A stretch of DNA of 49,937 bases from Saprolegnia diclina VS20 (Eukaryota): assembly GCF_000281045.1 (NCBI RefSeq), contig NW_008246103.1, positions 305,851-355,787 on the forward strand, read 5' to 3'. The translations under genes and the position numbers were made by a program. The notes beneath the pieces are model-generated. The model searched no databases, was not told where the DNA came from, and saw only the letters and a list, made by a program, of their open reading frames with translations. Positions 21,401-29,056 of the stretch are shown here, one piece after another (within the stretch, counting starts at the first letter, position 1; each line of letters opens with the position of its first letter).

Positions 21401-24034
21401 CGCGCAAAAGCCGTCGACTCGCGTGGCCATGTGGTCCTCGATGAAGACGACACGGACCCAGACACGGAGCAGCGCGCGGTGGTCGGTAGCTGGCTTGCGG
21501 CGCGCGAAGCCGGTGCGGCTATGGACACGCTCGTGCGGCTGGCGCTGCCGCTGGCGACGGTCACCGACGACGCGCTCCTCACGTCGTTGCACAAGGCCGG
21601 CGCGACGTTGCTCAACGCGCTCTTTGAGCTCAAGCATGGCGGTGCGGTCGCGACTGTCTCGGTGGCATTCGAAGGCATTTGCCGATCGCTGCTGCACCAC
21701 AGCGAGCGCCACCGCCACCTCGGCACGTGGCCGGCCAAGTGGTGCGACACGCTGCTGTCGCGTCTCGAGCACGCGGAGCAGGCGTTCATTTTGCGCCGCT
21801 CGGCGGGCTTTGCGAGCTCGTTTGTTGCGCTGCTTCGGTCTGAGCCCCGCAACGCGGCTGCGACGATGCTGCCCAAGGTGCTCAGCGTGCTTCTCCGTCT
21901 CGGTGGCCGCGCAAACGCCATCGACAAGTCGCGTGTCCATGCGCTCAACATTCTCAAGCTCCTCGCGCAAGATGCTGTGCTTGCTGAAGACATGGCCGCG
22001 CACGTGCCGTCGATGCTCCGCCTCGCGATCGATGGCTTTGAGAGCACGTCGTGGGCCGTCCGGAACTCGTCGATGATGCTCTTTGCGGCCGCGACCCAGC
22101 GCGCGATCGGCGACAAGCAGGTGGCCGACGGCGCGGCGCCCAACGGTGTCTCGTCGACCGACGTCTTTTCGCGCTGCACGGGCGTCGACACGTTCCTGGC
22201 CGACCACGTCGGGGCGATGACCAACTCGGCGCTATACCCGCTTCTGCTCTTGATGAGCCGCCTCCGGCCGGGCGACGGGGCGACCACGAGCGTCCTTCCG
22301 CTCTCGACCTTTGTGCCCATGGTGACGGCGTGCGCGTCACAATCGCACATCTTTCACCGACGCATTGCCGCCCATGCGCTCGCTGCGATTGTCCGGACGC
22401 AGGACATTGCCGATGTGATTGCATCGCTCTTGCCGTCGCTAACGCAGTGGATCCCGCGCCGAACGTCGCACAATGCGATGCACGGCACCTTGCTGCAGCT
22501 GCTCGCGCTGCTCGACCGTGCGGCCGACGACAAGGCCAAGAAGCTCGTGTCGGCGTCGGCGTTTGCGGCGCTTCTGGCGCCGATCGTGGAAGCGTGCACG
22601 GCGCTGCTGCCCTCTGCGCTCGCGCTCAAGTGCATGACCAACAAGGGCACGTTCTTGCAGCTCGTCTCCAGTGTGCTGCAGCATGCGCCGGACGCAAAGC
22701 TGACGCAAAGCATGTGGGATGCGTGCATAGTGCTGTACAAGGACGACGTGCCCCGCCACCGGAGCCCGGGCCTCGATATCGTCCACCAAGCAGTGGCTGC
22801 GTTTGTCGTCAGCTACGTTGTCGCACACCCCGTGCATGCCGATGTCGTGCGCGCCGGCCTCCGTAGCTCCGTGTTTGAGCTCCGGCGGTCGACAACGACC
22901 GCGTGTGCGGCCCAAGCGACGGCGATGGCGCCACTGTCTCTTGTCGCAACTCTTGCCGCGCAAGTCGTGGTCGAAACACACCCGCCGACGCTGGGCCGCC
23001 AGTTGCAACTGCTGGTGACGCTCGCACCGTCATCGTTGGAGGTCTGGACGCACGTGTCGCCCGCGCTCCCCACGTTGCTCGAGCTCAGTGTCCACGCGGT
23101 CGACGCCACGTCCAAGGCTGCCGCGCTCCAGGTGCTCGCGCTCTTGCATGCGACGGCGACGGTGTCGGCGCCGCCGGCACTCGCCGAGACGCTCGTGTGT
23201 CAAATTCAAGTGCTCAGCGACGAGCTGCAGCCGCTGGTCGTTCGTCTGGCGGCGGCGCGCAGCTTGCATCTGAGCAAGCTTTTGGCGCAGCAGTCGAACG
23301 CCAACTTGGTCGTCGACGGCTGGCTCGCAGCGCTCGTCTTGCTCCAGGACGACGAAGCCTGTGTGCGTGAGGCCATCCGCGCGACGGTCGCACCCTTGGT
23401 CACGTCGGCGCACGCGGCGCCGTCCGACATGATGGTGCTGCCGTATGCTGTCGCCTACTTGGCCCAAACATTTGGCCACGTCGGGCGTCTCCAAGAGGCC
23501 ATTGCGAGCTACTTGACGACGTACACGGCGCTCTATCCGCGCCTCGACGAGTGCATCAGCGCGTCCGACGGCCACGCGTACAACGTACTCTGCGACAAGA
23601 TTTTTGAGGCTGAGAGCGGCAACTACTTCAAGGAGCACGAGCTGCTCGTGCAGCTTTTCGCCCAGCACTTTGTGCGCACGGGCAAGGTCCGTCTCCCGAC
23701 TGTGGTGGCCGATCTCGAAACGTGTCTGCGTCGCTGGGCGGCCGCGAACGCGCTGCACCAGCAGGCGTGGGTCGGTGGCACGACCTTCTTTCCCGACGTC
23801 TTCCCGCTCTTCCATAACGCGCTCCTTGTCGTCATTGCCCAAGTGCACGCGATGAACGAGACGGCGTGTGAGGGGCTGCAAGCACTGGCGCGCAACGTGC
23901 TCGGGTCCGAGACGCACAACATGCACCCGCTCTTGTGCCAAGCGCTCACGGCGTTGGCGACCGGGGATCCGTCCTTGGCGCCACTGCTCTTCCTGACGCC
24001 GTCCTGGGCGAGCAAGCACCAGATTGTGGCGTAG
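18431..24034 (+). CDS. THADA: THADA/Trm732 armadillo protein (tRNA position-32 2'-O-methylation cofactor of Trm7/FTSJ1)
   Basis: Helical-repeat ORF of about 1850 aa with DUF2428-type motifs LKHGGAV, ILRRSAG, RVHALNILK and WAVRNSS. Probable in-frame 48-bp intron at 20280-20327. Confidence 0.92.
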   Translation: MVRKKKKSLNTLVKANGLATADAPLPADIRSILLPSPVAVSLHTGANATLDLDLGALTHNLLHAPDSYAQLKALQLFRSHLKLVVAAAPAIRELDAVAQADLWSFASTALRFAFRLYIAKPVRLMRKTILPILDALLSYDAAFPHLASPSLSDVLADEVESFLQVATATDADATSEALDVIDQLLGLAECPHIAEMLWLLHPLGHPGLASLLAFCATQLRVLSAPIAAYAATTTTDDDDDVMQSSEVIHASERCQNLLKTLILLASVQQKTATRVVLFSTTTAIGSPRSLHATLEAMVQQCVIVLNSPVVAKDLLTQVGLVTALLLKLHYHGNDFAGDMLAWVFPSSAGVTGWLRCLDLSAFTPLSRLALYRGLFNAIDDAAFQRPFRSSNVLQVAFDTVLRSCVGAPTLNTRLYAFQVLEMFLRRTIALAQRTSADVLTPASVLNVLDVVLLNWEHPSKRINQFMTPMFTHLVALLDLKASAGLDKWTAIITRVLAQPEESRSRYLATTVLLPKVTAKGLLASHQGFLASVLVAVANKDVSAAAACLFVQVVDDLKCTTEDAAMWAGLWVPYLVHALLSNDAGSRLRVATYVLPILIKSDAASVPPLLAALRAQPGTVHVPSSWTSYATCVASDTRLWSMLELVKCARKSVASPPTLTLDEVHVGLVHADGEIRMAAYDMVCASLKTTALPSPSDLQLVQLFFIASAKSIAPSLRMKSIIGLKAMLLRIRDGMRKSCRRDAATTDDVAHQFPRWVADLVVACVYPGATPQRVTMGLEILQLYLQIFDGTPFLFPAVTKALFNALISSWDKVRALAYSILETFPSPLPGYDDAVNLQSLYRWALTLASSPRQRETDAGALFLRLLAKQSALLVQFGIVPKSQIVGASVQQALVDHLVSILASRLAVVRANADVSEPPLIHGLLLSIRFLLDDAQVTLPTWQTTLSATFECLWESMQLALSVVGDATSGIGAASLDDTFDVANEVLTSEQLRAKAVDSRGHVVLDEDDTDPDTEQRAVVGSWLAAREAGAAMDTLVRLALPLATVTDDALLTSLHKAGATLLNALFELKHGGAVATVSVAFEGICRSLLHHSERHRHLGTWPAKWCDTLLSRLEHAEQAFILRRSAGFASSFVALLRSEPRNAAATMLPKVLSVLLRLGGRANAIDKSRVHALNILKLLAQDAVLAEDMAAHVPSMLRLAIDGFESTSWAVRNSSMMLFAAATQRAIGDKQVADGAAPNGVSSTDVFSRCTGVDTFLADHVGAMTNSALYPLLLLMSRLRPGDGATTSVLPLSTFVPMVTACASQSHIFHRRIAAHALAAIVRTQDIADVIASLLPSLTQWIPRRTSHNAMHGTLLQLLALLDRAADDKAKKLVSASAFAALLAPIVEACTALLPSALALKCMTNKGTFLQLVSSVLQHAPDAKLTQSMWDACIVLYKDDVPRHRSPGLDIVHQAVAAFVVSYVVAHPVHADVVRAGLRSSVFELRRSTTTACAAQATAMAPLSLVATLAAQVVVETHPPTLGRQLQLLVTLAPSSLEVWTHVSPALPTLLELSVHAVDATSKAAALQVLALLHATATVSAPPALAETLVCQIQVLSDELQPLVVRLAAARSLHLSKLLAQQSNANLVVDGWLAALVLLQDDEACVREAIRATVAPLVTSAHAAPSDMMVLPYAVAYLAQTFGHVGRLQEAIASYLTTYTALYPRLDECISASDGHAYNVLCDKIFEAESGNYFKEHELLVQLFAQHFVRTGKVRLPTVVADLETCLRRWAAANALHQQAWVGGTTFFPDVFPLFHNALLVVIAQVHAMNETACEGLQALARNVLGSETHNMHPLLCQALTALATGDPSLAPLLFLTPSWASKHQIVA

Positions 24035-24268
24035 TTACTGCCGTTTACACGAAAGGAATACATGCTTTTTCATCGCCTTATCATCTTGTGTCGCTTAGGG
24101 AAGTTGCTCGCACGATGCGGGTGGCGTGTACAGGTACTAGGTACGACTACACTGCAGGTACCATGGGCCTGGAGGCTCGCTGGTGGGCTTGAAAGACGCA
24201 CATTCAACTTGACTTCATTTTGATAGACATGTTTTTGTGTGGTCATTAAGTAATTAGATATATACATA

Positions 24269-24922
24269 CTAGGCTGCCTCGGCGGGCGTCGTTACTGGGA
24301 GCTCCCAAGGCAAACGGTCGAGCAAAAGCGGCAAAATCTCGTGCGCGCCGTAGCGCTTGGCGTACGCAATGGCCGTCTCGAGTTCCTAATGCGATAGTGT
24401 CAGATGGATACTGGTACGATCCATGCCAATCATATACATTGTTGGCGACGACCACCGAGGCGTGGGCGTCGAGAAGCAGCTCGACGATCGCCACGTGCTT
24501 GTAATACACAGCATAGTGGAGCGGCGTATCGCCGAGCTATTATATGCATCGAATGTCAGCACCAATCAGGGAAGAGTGCATGGCGCGTACCACAGAATCC
24601 GTGGCGTTGATGCCAACAGGCACCTGCAAGTGCCGGAACGGGACCTTTGGCAGGTGCTGCAGAAGCAAACGAACGATTTCGACGTGGCCTTTGCCAGCTG
24701 CTTCGTGCAGCAGCGTTTGACCCCACTACGCAGTGCTGGGAGTCGACGCTGGTTGTACTGTAGCTTGTAGGGACGTACGCTGTTGACGGCGATGCATGCG
24801 ACGCCTTTTTCCAACAGCGTTGCAAATGTGGCTGCGTCGCCACGACGTAGAGCGACAAGAAGTTGGCCCTAGACACCATCGTGAGCACTTGTGTCAGATT
24901 TTGCAGCTACCTCGTTGGACAT
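24269..24922 (-). CDS. Small ankyrin-repeat protein (multi-exon)
   Basis: Spliced exons give GQTLLHEAAGKGHVEIVRLLL, GDTPLHYAVYYKHVAIVELLLDAHA and ELETAIAYAKRYGAHEILPLLL. The start (MSNE) is tentative. Confidence 0.72.
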
Positions 24923-25299
24923 GAGCAAGACCGAGACAATTTAGAAATGCGAACCGGTGTCGATTGGGATCTGCCTGCACTTGATACTGCGCTTGATTAT
25001 TACTTGATATTCTCATCCACCTGGCGTTGCGTGGGATCATCGCAGGGGTTGACGCGCTTCTGGAGAATCGTATCCTGGGCGTCTTGTCCGCTCTATAGAC
25101 TGCATGCAGGCACTGTTATTGCTCCCAAGAAAAGATGGATCTGTCGTGTCGTCCTGGGCTCGGGTCCATTTGGGTGATAGCCAATCAAGCAATCTCATTC
25201 TGTTGCATCCACCAATCAAATTCCGGCACGCCCGGGAAAGAGAGAGGTTGACATAAACGTCGAGTTGAGAATAGAGCATCTCGTTACCGTGTCTAGCTA

Positions 25300-25536
25300 C
25301 TATGGGCTAGACGACGGGCACGCAAGTGACAATAGATGCGTCATATCAACGTCGTTGCCGTCGACAGCGAACTGCAGCGCTGTCATGCTACGTGTACGAC
25401 GAGAAAATACGTCTAGCGGCTTGGAACGCACACACCGTGTCCGCGGTGTTCATCTCGGCGTGGGCCGTAAGAGCACATGCGCAGCGTCACAGTGGCCGTA
25501 GCGTGCCGCGTAGTGGAGCGGCGTCGCCTGCAGCAT
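25300..25536 (-). pseudogene. Degenerate ankyrin exons
   Basis: ATPLHYAARYGHCDAAHVLLR, then a frameshift to AHAEMNTADT, a GT-AG intron, and out-of-phase MTALQFAVDGNDVDMTHLL. Confidence 0.6.
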
Positions 25537-25862
25537 AAGCATCGCAAGTGCTGAGATTTAGACCCGTCACCCCTGCCCGTCACCGGACGATCGCAAAAAT
25601 TAGCCAATGAGCTCAGCCAATGAGGGTGGGTGTCGATTTGGTTCAGCCAATCCCGTTCGTGGAGAGTCCTCGGATAGAGCCAATCGAATCGCTCAATACA
25701 ACTATCACGCACAGCTATAAAGCCTTTTGGATCAGCACGGAAATATGACGTCCCTCTTCAGCAGTGAGTAGCCTTGACGACAAATGCCCAGCGCTATCGG
25801 TTCGGGAAGACAAACCATGGCGTGACCACAAAGGACATAGGAAAAAAATTGTTACGTAGTGT

Positions 25863-28787
25863 TTAGTTGGCGTCGGCCGGTGGCTCGGGCTTGGGCTCGG
25901 CGGCAGCGATCGCTTGCTCTTTGGCGATTGCTTTGGTCGACTTGACGACGTTGCTCTTGAATTTCTTCTGCGAGTCGATGCGGGCACGGACGTCGTTCAT
26001 GACCGGGTAGACATCATTGTCCATGAGCGGCAAGAGCGCGCGGCGGAAGCTGTTGTACATTTCGGGGTTGAGGCTCTCCTCCTTGAAGAGCATCTTCTTG
26101 ACCCGCTCGCGCTCTTTCGGCTCTTCAAAGCACGCGGGGCAGTTTTCGTTGATGACGGGCAGGCGCGCCGCATAGGCAAAGTCCTTGAGCGCCTCTTCGC
26201 GCACGTAGGCCAACGGGCGGATGATCTCAATGTCCTTCGTATCGTTCCAGTACTTGGCCTTCATCGTGCGCACTTGGCCATTGTACATGGCCGACATGAA
26301 GAACGACTCGGCCAGATCGTCGAGGTGCTGGCCGAGCACGAGCTTGTTGTAGCCGTTCTTGCGGCAGCACGTGTAGAGGAGCCCGCGCTTCATGCGCGAG
26401 CAGTACGCGCAGAGCGAGTCGCCGTTCATTTCGCACATGGCGCGCTCGACAATGTTTTCCGAGAGGTAAAAGTACGGGACGTTGAGCGTCTTCATGTACT
26501 CCTTGAGCGGACTCGGGTCAAACGACGGCGTTTGCGGGTCCACGGTCGCGCACGCGAGTTCAAACCGAATGGGCGCCCGCTTTTGGAGCGTCAGCAAAAT
26601 GTGGAGCAAACTCAGCGAGTCTTTGCCGCCCGAGACCCCCAAGATGAGCCGGTCGCCGTCGTTGATCATGCCCCATTGCATGAGCGCTTGGCCCACGAGG
26701 CGCATGACCTTTTGCGGCGGCGTCGGAAAGAGCGTCGTCTTGGCGACCTGGTCGGCGATCTTGCCCGTGGCCGCGATCGTCGACGCGAGACTCTCGTGCG
26801 GGTTGGCGGCACTCGCGTTGTTGCTGCGGCGCGGGTATTTCTCCGTCTTGGGCGCGATCGGGCACACGAAGCAGGCGCCCGTCGCACAGCTCGTGGCCAT
26901 TGTCGCTGGCGGTGCCGTCTCGGTCACAGCCACCAAGTGCGTGCGGGCACGGTACGCTTGCGGCTGCAGCGGGCCAAGCGGCGACGCCCGATGCGGCAGC
27001 TCGGTGCCCGTTGCGAGCGCGCCCAGCACTTCAGATGGATAGATGAACCAGCGGAGCGATTCTTTCGACGGATCGAGCATGCTCCCGTGGCTGGCCGCCG
27101 TACCGCTGGCTTCCGAAGGCGCGAGACCCGCGAGGCGCTCGGCCTCGGCAAAGAGCGCGTCGGTCGACGGCACGATGACGCTCGGCGGCGATGGTGTCGA
27201 CGCGCCCGAGAGAAAAGGTGCTTTCGAGAGCCACTTGCGCGTCGGAAACTTTGTGAAGCGCGACTTGTGCTTCCATTCGCCCGTCTTGTGGTTGAACTTG
27301 TACTGCGGCAAGAATTTCCAGCCATGCGTGGCCACAAAAGCAATCGCTTTGAGGATGTAGTCGACGTCGTCGTCGCTCAAAATGAACGGAAAGCTCACGC
27401 GCGAAAAGCCCGGGCGGAGCACCTCGGTCTTGTCGATGAGCGCGGCTTCGAGCGCGCGCTGGTGCTCCTTGGAGACGCCGAGGAGGCGCTGGCCGTACGG
27501 GCCCGCGCACTGGCAGCCGCCGCGCGACTGGACGCCAAAGAGGTCGTTCAAAAGCGCGCACACAAAGTTGTAGTGCAAGAAGCGGTCGCCGGCCGTCAGC
27601 AGAAACGAAAAGATCGGCAAGCGCGACGGCGCCACGTCGTCGTGCCCGAGCAAGACAATGTTCTGGTACTGCGACAGCGTCGCCAACACGCGCTGGACGT
27701 GGGCGTCTTCGCGGGCTTGAATCAACGGCAGACCAATGCGATGCTTGACCTCGAGTGCCAGCCCGAGACGGATCGAGCCGAGCGTGTCGGGGGTCCCGCC
27801 TTCTTCGCGCTCGGCGCGGTTTGAGAGGTACCGGTGGTCGTCTTCGGTGACGTAAAACACAGTGCCGCCACCCGGCGCGGACGGCACGGGGTTCCCGAGA
27901 AGACGCTTCTTGAGCACGAGCACGCCGGGCGAGCCCGGGCCGCCGAGGAACTTGTGCCCCGAGAAGAAGATACCGTCCTTGTACGCAAACGGCCGCTGGT
28001 CGCCGACAAGCACGGGGTTCATGTCCATCGTCACGTACGGCGCGCAGGCCGCATAGTCCCAAAACGCAAGCGCGCCGTGCATGTGCAAGAGCACCGTGAT
28101 CGCGTCGACGTCCGAGAGCTGTCCGGTCAGGTTGGACGCGGCCGAGAAGGACCCGATCTTGAGCGGCCGATCGGCGTACTCGAGCAGCTTGGCGCTAAGC
28201 ACGTCCATGTCGGCATACCCGTTTGCGTTCTCGGGGATTTGGACCACGTCGGCCGCCGACTCGCGCCACGGCAACAAGTTGGAGTGGTGCTCGAACGGCC
28301 CGACAAACACGACCGGCCGCGCCTGGTCGCTGCTCAACGGCACGTGCAACCCGAGCAGCTGCACGAGCTTGTTGATCGCTGCCGTGCTGCCGCTGCCCGT
28401 GAAGAGCACGACGTCTTCGGCGCCGCGGCCCGTGATTTTGGCGTTGACGCACTGCGCGACGATCTGGCGCGTCTCGTGGCGAAAGCATGTCGACTGGAGC
28501 CCCGTGATCGACGTTGTCGTGTGCGTGTTGCCATAGAGCGGCAGCACTTCGGCTTGCATGTAGTCTTCAATGCACGCCAAGGACCGGCCACTGGCCGTAA
28601 AGTCGGCGTACACAAGCGGCTTGGGTCCGTACGGCGTGTCGAATGGCGCCCAGTGCCCGACGAGCGACGACCGCATCGAGTGGAGGAGCGCATCGCCCTT
28701 GAGGATGTCCGAGGCCTGTTCACTCTCGTTGGCGACGACCGTCAAGTCCTCTTCGAGCTCGTCGCAGAAGGTGCGCTCGGCAGACAT
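25863..28787 (-). CDS. ttcA: Fusion of a class-V PLP cysteine desulfurase (SufS/CsdA-like) and a TtcA-like tRNA thiolase (974 aa, intronless)
   Basis: N-half: YADFTASG, EHHSN, WDYA, SGHK (PLP Lys), EGGTP and RGGCQCA (equivalent to SufS RxGHHCA). C-half: PP-loop SGGKDS, CAYCSRMKRG, LGQHLDD, IIRPL and NCPAC. Confidence 0.92.
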   Translation of the reverse strand: MSAERTFCDELEEDLTVVANESEQASDILKGDALLHSMRSSLVGHWAPFDTPYGPKPLVYADFTASGRSLACIEDYMQAEVLPLYGNTHTTTSITGLQSTCFRHETRQIVAQCVNAKITGRGAEDVVLFTGSGSTAAINKLVQLLGLHVPLSSDQARPVVFVGPFEHHSNLLPWRESAADVVQIPENANGYADMDVLSAKLLEYADRPLKIGSFSAASNLTGQLSDVDAITVLLHMHGALAFWDYAACAPYVTMDMNPVLVGDQRPFAYKDGIFFSGHKFLGGPGSPGVLVLKKRLLGNPVPSAPGGGTVFYVTEDDHRYLSNRAEREEGGTPDTLGSIRLGLALEVKHRIGLPLIQAREDAHVQRVLATLSQYQNIVLLGHDDVAPSRLPIFSFLLTAGDRFLHYNFVCALLNDLFGVQSRGGCQCAGPYGQRLLGVSKEHQRALEAALIDKTEVLRPGFSRVSFPFILSDDDVDYILKAIAFVATHGWKFLPQYKFNHKTGEWKHKSRFTKFPTRKWLSKAPFLSGASTPSPPSVIVPSTDALFAEAERLAGLAPSEASGTAASHGSMLDPSKESLRWFIYPSEVLGALATGTELPHRASPLGPLQPQAYRARTHLVAVTETAPPATMATSCATGACFVCPIAPKTEKYPRRSNNASAANPHESLASTIAATGKIADQVAKTTLFPTPPQKVMRLVGQALMQWGMINDGDRLILGVSGGKDSLSLLHILLTLQKRAPIRFELACATVDPQTPSFDPSPLKEYMKTLNVPYFYLSENIVERAMCEMNGDSLCAYCSRMKRGLLYTCCRKNGYNKLVLGQHLDDLAESFFMSAMYNGQVRTMKAKYWNDTKDIEIIRPLAYVREEALKDFAYAARLPVINENCPACFEEPKERERVKKMLFKEESLNPEMYNSFRRALLPLMDNDVYPVMNDVRARIDSQKKFKSNVVKSTKAIAKEQAIAAAEPKPEPPADAN

Positions 28788-29056
28788 GGTCAATGCTGGC
28801 GTCGGCAGAATTCGGATATTTGCCATGCCACGCATTTCACTGGCCTTGACGGCAGAGTCGATACGGCCCCGTGATTGGTTGAAATCGAAAGTATTACTGA
28901 AATGTCGTCATGGGATTGGTTCAAATCCGCGAGGGTGGTCGAGTTGAAACGCTCGCATCAGTTACGTGGCGTCCGTCTAGCAAGGCCATAGACAGGCAGA
29001 AAGCGTTTCAACAACGGCCGGCGTTTCAACACGAATCGGTGGAGCGCAGCGATCCG
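28788..29056. promoter_or_regulatory. Bidirectional promoter with a duplicated CCAAT motif
   Basis: 269 bp between divergent ATGs. GATTGGTT[G/C]AAATC occurs twice, at about 28873 and 28914. Confidence 0.55.

Noticed and set aside
18242..28874. Long antisense and alternate-frame ORFs over THADA and the TtcA fusion (e.g. 20300-22207, 25914-27824)
   Set aside because: Shadow ORFs caused by high GC3 codon bias; Arg/Ala-rich with no recognisable motifs.
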